In this document: piece by piece, positions 1 to 9,530 of the stretch
How the letters are laid out: the number at the start of each line of letters is the position of its first letter
Position numbering within the stretch: the first letter of the stretch is position 1
Origin: a virus
Lineage: Duplodnaviria; Caudoviricetes
DNA length: 64,000 nt
Virus record (IMG/VR): IMGVR_UViG_3300029305_005387
Strand: one strand, 5' to 3'
The notes under the pieces: model-generated
What the model was told of the DNA's origin: nothing
The model's database searches: none
The model's input: only the letters and a program-made list of their open reading frames with translations
Made by a program: the position numbers and the translations under genes

Positions 1-2
1 TA

Positions 3-461
3 ATGCATTTAAAGGATACTAAGAATATAGCTGGTGAAAGAGTAATTGTTATGAACAACATGTATGCTCATAAACTGGTCAATGAAGATGAGAAGAAAAT
101 TAAAGTTTATCTGACAAAAGGAACTGTTGGAACTATTAGTAAATGTAATAAACATGCTGAAATCACTAGATTCGTACCTATTGATTTCAAGACTGAATTT
201 TATCATGAACCATTTACTGAGTTAATGATGGACAGACATTACCTGAACGGGGTAATGACCCCGTCCAGGCAACAAAAACCAGATGAATATATTGAATTAC
301 AATATGCATATGCTTTATCAACATCTCTTAGTAGATTATCTCATTGGGATAAAGTTACTGTCATTGCTGATAACAATGAAGAGTATGATGAAGAAACACA
401 ACGAAGATTATTATACAATGCTATTTCACGAGCGAAACGTTCTATGACATTAGTAATTTAA
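3..461 (+). CDS. C-terminal part of a RecD/Dda-like SF1 helicase (probably truncated by window edge; motif V degenerate)
   Basis: YAYALSTSLSRLSHWDKVTV resembles motif V (YAxTxHKSQGSEFDxV); LLYNAISRAK matches motif VI (LLYTAITRAK). Confidence 0.6.
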   Translation: MHLKDTKNIAGERVIVMNNMYAHKLVNEDEKKIKVYLTKGTVGTISKCNKHAEITRFVPIDFKTEFYHEPFTELMMDRHYLNGVMTPSRQQKPDEYIELQYAYALSTSLSRLSHWDKVTVIADNNEEYDEETQRRLLYNAISRAKRSMTLVI

Positions 462-1771
462 TTTTGTTTAGAACATTTCTTCAGAACTATTTGGTGTGAT
501 GATTTCATATACTGACCAGACTCTGCCATTATAAAATGATACGCATATGCAATACGGTAAGTAAATGAACCGTATTCTCGTTGTTTAGAGGCTTCTTCGA
601 ATACTAATTTGTATGTTTTATTTAAAGTGAATGCATTTATATCTAAATTTTCTCCACTGATATAAATTACACATTCATTTTCTTCCATACGAGCTTGTAA
701 AATAGATGGTGTATACTTATTGTCATCTTTACGTGTATAACGAATATACTCATTTCGTTGATTCATAAAAGACTGATCAGCAGAAGCTGTGTCAATAGTA
801 ATATCATCAGTAATAACTACTTTAGCTTCACTACCCATTTCTGCATTTTTAGAAATAGATGGTTTTTGTGGACTAACATTTTCTTCAGGTATATCAATAT
901 AGAAAACTTTTTCTTCTGGTTTACGTACCATACCATTACCTGGTGTAGCTTTATCACGCACTGGAATAAGGAAAGTTGTTTCAGTCCACTCATCTTTTTC
1001 TTTAGCAGTAACTTTACCATTGGTATTGATGATATAAAGTTTATTCAAATCATAAAATATTGAAGCTCCAAACTTATATAGTCCATAATATTGATCTAAG
1101 TATATCAATCCTTTATATGCAGGATTAGATGGAACTAATAATTCTTGATATACCTCGTCATTTTCAATTGGACTCATTAAAACTTTTTTATGTCCAGTTT
1201 CTGTAAGTAATTCACCTACAATATCTTGAAGTGGTGCAGAAGTAAATACTTTATTAAAAGTTTTATTTGAAGCATTTAATATTTTTGGATTGAATAGATA
1301 TATATCAAAAGCCTCTTGAGATGTGAAATAATCTTCTCCTTCGAGATCATTAGAATTATATTCAGTACCAGTATCCATTTCCTCAGTTTGTTCCATAGAC
1401 TTTGTGTCAATAGACTCATCGTCATCATTTAAATAGATACTAAATTCTATGTTCCAAACCTCTTCTGGTCCTGTTATAATGGTCTCAGCTTCTCTGTCAA
1501 GACCAAGTTTATCTAACGCAAATTTTACAGTGATTTCTCTTTTATTTTTGATGACCCACAATTTATGTTTAGTATCCATACGTAGTTTGACCTTTAATAT
1601 GGATCTAATATTAAATTCGAAATCATCGAGTTTTTCAATTGATAAAATATTAGTGAAATCTAATTCAAATTTTTCAGTACCTTTAGCAAGTATTAACATT
1701 GGTACATTATATTTACAAAGAAATACAGAGTCTTCTTTTTCATTAACTAATTCTTTTATAGCCATAAACAA
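458..1771 (-). CDS. Hypothetical protein, possibly baseplate hub/tail component
   Basis: 437-aa ORF with GGAGG RBS; function inferred only from context. Confidence 0.35.
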   Translation of the reverse strand: MFMAIKELVNEKEDSVFLCKYNVPMLILAKGTEKFELDFTNILSIEKLDDFEFNIRSILKVKLRMDTKHKLWVIKNKREITVKFALDKLGLDREAETIITGPEEVWNIEFSIYLNDDDESIDTKSMEQTEEMDTGTEYNSNDLEGEDYFTSQEAFDIYLFNPKILNASNKTFNKVFTSAPLQDIVGELLTETGHKKVLMSPIENDEVYQELLVPSNPAYKGLIYLDQYYGLYKFGASIFYDLNKLYIINTNGKVTAKEKDEWTETTFLIPVRDKATPGNGMVRKPEEKVFYIDIPEENVSPQKPSISKNAEMGSEAKVVITDDITIDTASADQSFMNQRNEYIRYTRKDDNKYTPSILQARMEENECVIYISGENLDINAFTLNKTYKLVFEEASKQREYGSFTYRIAYAYHFIMAESGQYMKSSHQIVLKKCSKQN

Positions 1772-1856
1772 TAAACCTCCTTTAAATTAGGGGATAAATA
1801 ATACTATTGATTAACTTAAGTTAAATATAAAGTAACATAGAAAGGAATGAGATAAA

Positions 1857-2807
1857 ATGTCTAAATTAATTCGAATGAAAGATAAAGTATCTACAATCGA
1901 TGACAAGCAAATTGGCGGATTACGTGGTGAAGTTATTTTTGGTATCGGACGTCATGATGTTCATTATACTGATCCATATGGTAACCCAGCAGTGAGATCA
2001 GAATTTGAAAAGGAACTATTTAGAAGTGAAAATATTGTTCCTATTGGGGGTTATCAATTTGCCTTCGATAAACTGTTCAATATTGGATTAGATCAGAATA
2101 CTACTTTACGAGTAGGAGATCTCAATGATGAAGCTCCTCAAATGAAAATTGGTGTTCCAAGAGGTAGATATAAATCTATCCACTACAATGCTGAAACTAA
2201 TATTGGGGGAACAGAAAATCTTCCAAAAAACGGTGGAATTAACATTTCTGCGATGAATTTTGTATTTGGTTTCATGATTGGTGACGGTGGATGTAGAGAA
2301 GACAATATCACTCCTATTGCTCCTGATTATAAAAATAGATCTTTGTATAGACCTATTCCATTTAGAATGAGCAATGATGGTTATCCATTTCCAAGAGGTA
2401 AATATTTTGGCAAATCAGATCTTTATAGTAATAACTCAAATATTATCACTTCATATTATGTAAAGAAATTTGATAATCCAGATCCTCATATTGTTCATGT
2501 TTGGGTTACTAATCGTAATGGTGAAATGGAAATTGTTGATGATACAGTATTTTCCTCTACATCTAGTGCAGCGATTGAATCATATGTAGAAATGAATTTT
2601 TCTATTGATGAAAATGATTGTAGAGGTTTCTTTACCACTACAGATAGTACTCCTAGAGTAAGTGAATTGGCTCTTGTATCTGGTTGGTACAACTCAGAAG
2701 AAGATGATTATGAATCATTAAGAATTTTTACTAAATATACTCGTCCAGTTATTGCATTAGCTGAAGGAGATTCAATTGAAGGTATTTATCGTCTTTATGC
2801 AAGATAA
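1857..2807 (+). CDS. Putative virion/baseplate structural protein
   Basis: 316-aa ORF with RBS; NIVPIGG...IGDGG...ELALVSG pattern reminiscent of baseplate/tail-fibre attachment proteins. Confidence 0.4.
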   Translation: MSKLIRMKDKVSTIDDKQIGGLRGEVIFGIGRHDVHYTDPYGNPAVRSEFEKELFRSENIVPIGGYQFAFDKLFNIGLDQNTTLRVGDLNDEAPQMKIGVPRGRYKSIHYNAETNIGGTENLPKNGGINISAMNFVFGFMIGDGGCREDNITPIAPDYKNRSLYRPIPFRMSNDGYPFPRGKYFGKSDLYSNNSNIITSYYVKKFDNPDPHIVHVWVTNRNGEMEIVDDTVFSSTSSAAIESYVEMNFSIDENDCRGFFTTTDSTPRVSELALVSGWYNSEEDDYESLRIFTKYTRPVIALAEGDSIEGIYRLYAR

Positions 2808-2810
2808 TAT

Positions 2811-2843
2811 AAAGGAATGGGGCTGTTTTAGCCCCATTCCTTT
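2811..2843 (+). terminator. Intrinsic terminator hairpin
   Basis: aaaggaatggggct-gtttt-agccccattccttt right after the stop codon. Confidence 0.75.
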
Positions 2844-2930
2844 TGTCATTTATTCAATAAAAAGTGGTTAACGTTTGAATAAAGGAATATCCTGATTGTT
2901 ACAAAAATAAAGAAAAGGAGATGAGAAGAT

Positions 2931-3548
2931 ATGACACGTCCAAAAAATAAATCGTTTATAAATATTGAAACGATTCTAATTTTATCAATTGCAATCTGTA
3001 TCATATTCCTCAATAGTTACACTACTACTAAAATTGCTCAATTAGAACAAGCAGGTACTGAAGCAATGTTCATTAAAGAGGGTCTTGAATTCCCAGAAAG
3101 TCAAGAACTCGAAAGTGAAATTATTAAATACCGACCTGATGGGTGTAAAATGATTGAAATGTATAATGATGAATTTGAATTAATGTTTGCAATTCAATTT
3201 GATCAAGGTTATCATGAACATGACACTGATATTACACAATACTCAGAAATGATTGAGATTCTAAGTAGTAACAAAGAGGGTCAAACATCAATTAACCATG
3301 ATGATTATGAAGAAGAAGTTTATTTTCAATGGGTGACAAATGATGTCGGAGAAGATAGACTTGTAATTGTCTATAGTACGAAAGATAATGTAGAAAACAT
3401 ATGGGTATTTTCACTAGTATGTTATCTAGTACTTATTCTGGTATTTGCATTACTAATTAGACTACATCTGAAAGAATACAATGCCAAAATTAATCACTAT
3501 AAACAAATATCTAGCAATGCTATAGATGAGGTTAATAGAAAACATTAA
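2931..3548 (+). CDS. Two-TM membrane protein with extracytoplasmic Cache/PAS-like domain
   Basis: Hydrophobic segments at ~aa 10-28 and ~157-177 flank a soluble domain ending in YFQWV...RLVIVYS. Confidence 0.55.
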   Translation: MTRPKNKSFINIETILILSIAICIIFLNSYTTTKIAQLEQAGTEAMFIKEGLEFPESQELESEIIKYRPDGCKMIEMYNDEFELMFAIQFDQGYHEHDTDITQYSEMIEILSSNKEGQTSINHDDYEEEVYFQWVTNDVGEDRLVIVYSTKDNVENIWVFSLVCYLVLILVFALLIRLHLKEYNAKINHYKQISSNAIDEVNRKH

Positions 3549-4218
3549 AATTTCATCGAGGGGAGATATTTGTATGAAGATTAATAAACCGAAATTCAAT
3601 TTTAAAGATAAATTCAAATGGATACGTTATGAAGTATTTCTGATGATTGCAATCATACTTGGTTTAATGTATATGAATCTATATGAGAATATGGTACACC
3701 ATAATACATTTCTTAGTGTTTCACCAGATACTGTTAATATTGCTATTCTTCATAATTCTGAAGATGCACGAGTGTTTGCTGAACAAGGATGGCCAATTAT
3801 AGAATTCCCTCTAGATGCAACTCAATTTATCACATTATATGATGAAAATCAAAATGAAATATCACAAATTATTCTTGGGGATATTTTCAATCTATATAAT
3901 GATATTGATGGATTACAAAACTGGTGGGATATATTTGAAAGAAATGAATATGGATACATAAATCTCAGTTCAATGGGTTCAAATATGATAGTTAATTATC
4001 AATGGATACATTTTGATGATACATCCTATTTGTTAGTATATAATACAGATATTTCCATGAAAAACATGTTAAATGCATTTAACATTGTTTCATATGCAAC
4101 TATCATTCTTTCCTTCATAGCGTTGGTGAGTGCAATATATTGGAGATATCATGGATTAACAAATACTTACAAGAAATTGAATGAAGAAGTTCAAAAAATC
4201 ATTCACCAACGAGAATAA
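3526..4218 (+). CDS. Two-TM membrane protein, paralogue of upstream gene (start probably ~3574)
   Basis: Same topology; NYQWI...YLLVYNT aligns with YFQWV...LVIVYST. Confidence 0.55.
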   Translation: MRLIENIKISSRGDICMKINKPKFNFKDKFKWIRYEVFLMIAIILGLMYMNLYENMVHHNTFLSVSPDTVNIAILHNSEDARVFAEQGWPIIEFPLDATQFITLYDENQNEISQIILGDIFNLYNDIDGLQNWWDIFERNEYGYINLSSMGSNMIVNYQWIHFDDTSYLLVYNTDISMKNMLNAFNIVSYATIILSFIALVSAIYWRYHGLTNTYKKLNEEVQKIIHQRE

Positions 4219-4259
4219 TGTAATAGATATTCAACCATAGGAAGGAGGACTGATGCATT

Positions 4260-4667
4260 GTGGATCAATATCTATCAACAGTTATTATTGCAATAATAAC
4301 AGGTGTTTTTTCTGTGATCACATTATTGATACAAAAGAAACAAGATAAAGTGATTAGTAAAATCGATGAACAAACATTATTCATTGAACGAGAAAAAGCA
4401 CTTAAACAAAAATTAACAAAAAAGGAGACAGAACGTGAAACATTAATTCATGAAATTATGATTCTCATTCTTGACACTAATTTATATATCATGAAAAACA
4501 CCAATGCAGGTGGTGATGTAACACCTACAGATGAAACCATGAAAGCTTCTGAGGATTTGAAGAATCGATTCAACTCCGTGTCAGATGAAATTGATGAACT
4601 CACGAAGGAATATGAAATGATTCTTGATCTCAGTAAAGAATATCAAAAAGAAGTCAAGAAGCATTAA
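4260..4667 (+). CDS. Single-TM coiled-coil protein, holin-like candidate
   Basis: N-terminal TM VIIAIITGVFSVITLLI followed by a charged coiled coil. Confidence 0.4.
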   Translation: MDQYLSTVIIAIITGVFSVITLLIQKKQDKVISKIDEQTLFIEREKALKQKLTKKETERETLIHEIMILILDTNLYIMKNTNAGGDVTPTDETMKASEDLKNRFNSVSDEIDELTKEYEMILDLSKEYQKEVKKH

Positions 4668-4685
4668 CCTCCTTTAAAGTCTATC

Positions 4686-4726
4686 AAATGTGTAAAGGTA
4701 GGGATAATCCCTACCTTTACACATTT
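4686..4726 (+). terminator. Long-stem hairpin terminator
   Basis: aaatgtgtaaaggtaggga-taa-tccctacctttacacattt, 19-bp arms. Confidence 0.75.
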
Positions 4727-4880
4727 CTCATTTATATATTATAGACTAAATGACTGGTAAAATATATAACTTTCACCTTTGTATTGATAAATTAAAAGTT
4801 ATTTGATTATCTACTATGAGGGTAAAGTTGTGTAGCAACTGGTGATTTGCAAAAATATTATATTAAAGGAGGATTTACCC

Positions 4881-5450
4881 ATGAAGACGGTAAACGAAAC
4901 ACTAAGCAAGGTAAAAGGTAGCGACAAAGTTAATGACATTCTTACAGGCAAAGGCAGCTTCTCTCAGGCAGGATTTAGTGATCTTGTAAATGCAATGGTT
5001 AATGATACTACATTCAAGGTTACTACTTATGGCAAGGATGGTAAGGCCAATGGAGAACTCTCTATCAGTGAAATGATTAGAGATGACTTGAAGAAGACTC
5101 TTGACAAGGCTAAGTATCCTCAGAAGTCTGAAGCTGATGTACTTAACAATTGTGAGATTGTTACAAACGGACTTGCAAAGGCTATTCCTCAGATTGTAAT
5201 GCAGCAGCTTGCATGCGGTAAGAAGTTTGATCTTCCTACTCAGGAAAAGATGGTAGGTAGTATCTATCTTGCTAATAATCCTGGTAAGGTTAAGGATGTA
5301 CAGATTCGTGATCCTAAGACTCAGGAAAATCTTGGTACAGCTACAATTACAACTCAGGATTCTATTCAGGTTCGTGTTAAGAGTCCTGTACCTCAGCATC
5401 TTTCCACAAAGGTTCGTAAGGATGTAAATGGTAAGGTAGTAAATCAGTAA
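4881..5450 (+). CDS. Extended HU/IHF-like DNA-binding protein (putative, abundant)
   Basis: ATG at 4881 after AAGGAGG; C-terminal GKKFDLP...IRDPKTQE...VRVKSP resembles the HU beta-arm (RNPxTGE); codon usage like the major structural genes. Confidence 0.5.
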   Translation: MKTVNETLSKVKGSDKVNDILTGKGSFSQAGFSDLVNAMVNDTTFKVTTYGKDGKANGELSISEMIRDDLKKTLDKAKYPQKSEADVLNNCEIVTNGLAKAIPQIVMQQLACGKKFDLPTQEKMVGSIYLANNPGKVKDVQIRDPKTQENLGTATITTQDSIQVRVKSPVPQHLSTKVRKDVNGKVVNQ

Positions 5451-5467
5451 TTAATCAGCATCATTAA

Positions 5468-5503
5468 AATACAGAGGATCCCATTCATGGGATCCTCTGT
5501 ATT
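5468..5503 (+). terminator. Hairpin terminator
   Basis: aatacagaggatccca-ttca-tgggatcctctgtatt. Confidence 0.75.
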
Positions 5504-5653
5504 ATTTGTTTCATGTAATATTGACATTAATTGTTTTATAAAATTATTTTTAGTTACATGAATATACTAAAATGATAAAAGTTGCTCTATATGAGCAATG
5601 GTGAAATTTATAAGGCGTTTTTTTAATAAAAACTATTTTAGGAGGACAATCCG

Positions 5654-6442
5654 ATGTATATTGATAATCAAAATAATTTTATGAGACGTTTAATGATAAT
5701 ACTAATGGTCCATTTTATTATGACATTTATACTTGTATATGGACCAATATATTCAAATGTAACTCAGCATACTGCAATGGTTGTAAATGCTGCTGGAAAT
5801 AATATTGAATATAACGGTGTTGAATATACTAATATTAATACACTAACTGAGGAACCTGCCATTGAAACTGTTACAATACTTTTATCAATGTCTGGAAGTA
5901 TTACATATGAAAGTTCAATAGTAGAAGAAATTTCTGAACCAGTAGAAATTATTGAAACACCACCTGTAGTGGAAATCGCTTCTGAATCTGAGGAAATGTC
6001 CATAATGGAGAAAACTATAGTTGATGAAGTTATCGAGGAAGAAACAACTCCAGAATTATCATATAACTTTAGTGAAGTTCCATTAAGTGAAGGAGATTTA
6101 GAAGCAGTAATTAATAATTGTGAAAACTTTGGTATACCAATACCTATTGCTTTAGGTCTTATAGATGTCGAATCTGATTTTAATACAACTGCAGTATCAT
6201 CTAGTGGATGTTATGGTTTGATGCAACTACATCCAAAATATTTTGACACAAGTACTTCTACTCAACAACAAATCCATGACGGATTCGAATATCTATCATC
6301 ACATTATAAAAAGTATGAAGACTGGATTTCTGCTCTTAATTGTTACAATGCAGGTCATTACACAGGAGATACCAAATATCCAAATAAAGTAATGAGAGAT
6401 GCTGAAAAATGGTCTGAAATAACTGGAATTCCAATAGAGTAA
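5654..6442 (+). CDS. Membrane-anchored/secreted lytic transglycosylase (SLT domain)
   Basis: N-terminal TM, acidic linker, SLT motifs VESDFN (catalytic Glu), GLMQL, ALNCYNAG. Confidence 0.85.
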   Translation: MYIDNQNNFMRRLMIILMVHFIMTFILVYGPIYSNVTQHTAMVVNAAGNNIEYNGVEYTNINTLTEEPAIETVTILLSMSGSITYESSIVEEISEPVEIIETPPVVEIASESEEMSIMEKTIVDEVIEEETTPELSYNFSEVPLSEGDLEAVINNCENFGIPIPIALGLIDVESDFNTTAVSSSGCYGLMQLHPKYFDTSTSTQQQIHDGFEYLSSHYKKYEDWISALNCYNAGHYTGDTKYPNKVMRDAEKWSEITGIPIE

Positions 6443-6475
6443 TAAAATCATAAACAATAAATCAAAGGAGGTTTA

Positions 6476-6718
6476 TTGTTTATGGACGCACACGATATCG
6501 AAATTCTAAAAGAATTTTTCAAAACAGAACCTATTCGTACCAGAGGAACTGCGGAAGGTATTATCGTAAAAGGGAGAAGAAAACAAATTAAAATTTACGA
6601 TGGTCGAAATGGAACATACCAGATCCAAGCTTTTAAAAACGGATCAACAATTCCATATCTTGTAGATGAAATACCTACGTATTCTCTTAGAGAATATATT
6701 GCCCGCTTGTATGAATAA
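6476..6718 (+). CDS. Hypothetical protein
   Basis: 80-aa ORF with GGAGG RBS. Confidence 0.6.
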   Translation: MFMDAHDIEILKEFFKTEPIRTRGTAEGIIVKGRRKQIKIYDGRNGTYQIQAFKNGSTIPYLVDEIPTYSLREYIARLYE

Positions 6719-6736
6719 AAAGAAAGGTGAAAACAT

Positions 6737-6892
6737 ATGAACGAACACCGAGATGAATTAAAATTTCCTTGTACATATAATGAAAATAAACTTACAACAG
6801 TTTCGTTATGTATGAGATGTAAAGAATCTAACAATTGCGATTTATATGCAACAATGTTAGATGAAGCAGAAGAATATAATAAAGATGAATAA
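6737..6892 (+). CDS. Small Cys-containing protein (51 aa), absent from ORF track
   Basis: GAAAGGTG RBS; MNEHRDELKFPC...LCMRCKESNNCDLY...; C..CxxC..C possible Zn binding. Confidence 0.55.
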   Translation: MNEHRDELKFPCTYNENKLTTVSLCMRCKESNNCDLYATMLDEAEEYNKDE

Positions 6893-6928
6893 AAAATAAT
6901 GGTGGGCGTTATACCCACCATTATTTTT
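6892..6928. terminator. Bidirectional terminator between convergent genes
   Basis: aaaaataatggtggg-cgttata-cccaccattattttt. Confidence 0.75.
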
Positions 6929-6931
6929 TAT

Positions 6932-7285
6932 TCATCTATCGTCATCTTTATCTTTTGATTTATGACAACTTCCACCTACAAAGATTCCCAACGCAAATGC
7001 TCCAACAATTCCAGCAATAGCGAAGTTACGATTTCTAACGTTATTCTCGTATACACGATTTAACATTAAACCAAATTCGTCATTGTTATTCGAAGGGAAC
7101 AAATCCGTAGAAATTGCAATTACATCAGGAGCTTTCTCTTGTAGAGATTCTGAAGAATGAGGTTGGTATACAGTTGCCATAACTCGATTCAGATTTTTTC
7201 TACTAGGTGGTAGACCTTTTGTAACATAATCTACTATGTCATATTGGGTTTCGTATACTACGTTTTCTGGTTTTACTAATAACAT
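6932..7285 (-). CDS. Hypothetical protein with C-terminal TM
   Basis: ATG at 7285 after AAGGAGG; C-terminal FAIAGIVGAFALGIFVGG. Confidence 0.6.
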   Translation of the reverse strand: MLLVKPENVVYETQYDIVDYVTKGLPPSRKNLNRVMATVYQPHSSESLQEKAPDVIAISTDLFPSNNNDEFGLMLNRVYENNVRNRNFAIAGIVGAFALGIFVGGSCHKSKDKDDDR

Positions 7286-7431
7286 ATTATTTACCTCCTT
7301 ATATGTGTTTTGAAGATAATTATTAATCTTCTTATTCGTATAATATATCATCTTAGCATTACCATAAACGTATATGGTAGAACGGAATTAATAAAGATAT
7401 ATCGTAATAAACATAAGGAGGCTTCAGGATT

Positions 7432-9453
7432 ATGTCAGATAATACAAACCTAATGCGTGAACTTTATATCCTTGAGGATGAAAACAATCCTTATGGGTCT
7501 AGATCTAAAGGTATATGGCCACCTACTATATTAGATCAGGTATATGATAACTTATCTCCTACAAATAAAACACTGAGAACTATTTTAGAAGAATTAAGAC
7601 ATGATATTCTTACTGGGGGAATTGGCAATATTACATTTCCAGTCACAACTGTTAATGGAATGAATGGAGATGTAATTATTAATGCGAAACATTTAGGTTT
7701 AGAAAATGTTGATAATACATCTGATAATGAAAAACCATTATCAAAACCTCAACGTCTTGCAGTGATGGAACTTCTAAAAGGATTCAAATATGAAGTAGAT
7801 TTAAGTGATTTATATGACCATATTAGAGACTCAAATAATCCTCATGGAATAACTTTTGAACACATTAATCGAAATAATGAGATTGGAAATTATATCTCTC
7901 AATATATCTTGAAACATGAAAATGATCAAACATCTCATCAAGATATTAGAAATTTAATCAAGGATATTGATTATTCTGTTAAAAATATTCACAATGATGT
8001 TGAAGAAAGAATTTCTATTGCTCTTAGAATTTTGGATCAACATTATGCAGATGAAGGAGCACATTCACCTTTATTTGATAAAAAAGAAGATGTATTGAAT
8101 AAAGTATTTGATTTTGAAAATGTTGATCATAAACGATATCCATCCGTAAGAGCAGTTGTAGATTATGTAACATCCGTAGCTAATACTTTAAGATCTGAGA
8201 TCACTACAATAGAAAACTGGATAGATGATATTATCGTTATTAGATCAAGAGATGATTTGCCATCTGCAAGTATTAAGACTTACCGTAAAGCATATTTCAT
8301 TCGTAGAGGATTAAATAATAATGATGAGATTGCCATTTGTCGAATAAATCCTGATAATACAACTTATTCTTGGGATATTTCTACATTTGATACGTATGCA
8401 AAATTTGATGAATCTTATTTTATTAACACAGATGATGGTTTATCTCTAAATACAACTAATATAGCTGAAACATTAATCAATGAAGGAAATATGAATAAAG
8501 GTATTTCTGAAATTGTTAATTCAGTATTATTTGAATCCACTGCAATAATCAATTTCAATATTAATGAACTAGGAGAATTAACTGTTGAATATGATGAAAG
8601 ATATCCTGATCCTATTCTATATATTGATGAAAATGGTGAATTGATACTAGAAGCAGATGATGGAACTCTTTCTGAATTCTTGGTTGAAAATTGTAACTTC
8701 GAAATTGTAAATGGACGATTAATTCTTACAACTGAAGATATTGATATTGTAAATATTGGACATGGAAAGATTGCTAATTACTATACGAAGGATGAAATCG
8801 ATGAATTTTCATTCATTAATAGTATTCAGATATTATCAGGAACAGAGAATGGAACCATTCGATATTATATAAATAACGATATATCTACAATGTCTCCTGA
8901 TATTAAAGTTACTGGTATTAATAAACTCGCATTTCTTGAAAAGGTAACTGAAAATGAAATAGAAGACAACTCAGTCCATTCTCAACACATTCTAAACAGG
9001 GCAATTCAATATCGTCATATGGGAGAAAAGGCAGTATCTGCTGAAAATATGAGAGGATCTTACAATACTATATTTGGCAATGTTGAAGATTCTCAAGGTA
9101 ACACGGTTAGAGAGATTCCTTTGACATATCTTGTAGAAGTTTTTCAGCCATATATTAAAGATTTTATTGCTCAGTATTTAACATCTTCTCCTGAAATGAA
9201 GTCAATACTAAAGGATATCTATGAAGAAATAATTGCTGAGGAAATCATGAGTGAAGCTCCTATTACATTAACCATTCAAGATGGTTCATTAATAGCAACT
9301 TATGATGAGACTCAGTATAGTGAACCTGATATTGAAATTGATAAAGACGGGTATTTGATTTTAAATTCATCAGATACTGCAATTGATCAATACTTGGAAA
9401 GTATTTTCTTTAATATAGTTGATTCAACGTTAGTAATGACCGTAAATGAATAA
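7432..9453 (+). CDS. Tail fibre-like virion protein
   Basis: VTTVNG, LGLENVDNTSD.KP, H..D.NNPH motifs typical of phage fibres; shares N-terminus and motifs with 18934-23451. Confidence 0.7.
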   Translation: MSDNTNLMRELYILEDENNPYGSRSKGIWPPTILDQVYDNLSPTNKTLRTILEELRHDILTGGIGNITFPVTTVNGMNGDVIINAKHLGLENVDNTSDNEKPLSKPQRLAVMELLKGFKYEVDLSDLYDHIRDSNNPHGITFEHINRNNEIGNYISQYILKHENDQTSHQDIRNLIKDIDYSVKNIHNDVEERISIALRILDQHYADEGAHSPLFDKKEDVLNKVFDFENVDHKRYPSVRAVVDYVTSVANTLRSEITTIENWIDDIIVIRSRDDLPSASIKTYRKAYFIRRGLNNNDEIAICRINPDNTTYSWDISTFDTYAKFDESYFINTDDGLSLNTTNIAETLINEGNMNKGISEIVNSVLFESTAIINFNINELGELTVEYDERYPDPILYIDENGELILEADDGTLSEFLVENCNFEIVNGRLILTTEDIDIVNIGHGKIANYYTKDEIDEFSFINSIQILSGTENGTIRYYINNDISTMSPDIKVTGINKLAFLEKVTENEIEDNSVHSQHILNRAIQYRHMGEKAVSAENMRGSYNTIFGNVEDSQGNTVREIPLTYLVEVFQPYIKDFIAQYLTSSPEMKSILKDIYEEIIAEEIMSEAPITLTIQDGSLIATYDETQYSEPDIEIDKDGYLILNSSDTAIDQYLESIFFNIVDSTLVMTVNE

Positions 9454-9455
9454 TG

Positions 9456-9488
9456 GTATGGAGAGGCTTATCATAAGCCTCTCCATAC
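9456..9488 (+). terminator. Hairpin terminator
   Basis: gtatggagaggctta-tca-taagcctctccatac. Confidence 0.7.
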
Positions 9489-9530
9489 TTTACTATTTTA
9501 TTAATTATTCTCATTTTGGAGGGATTAAAT

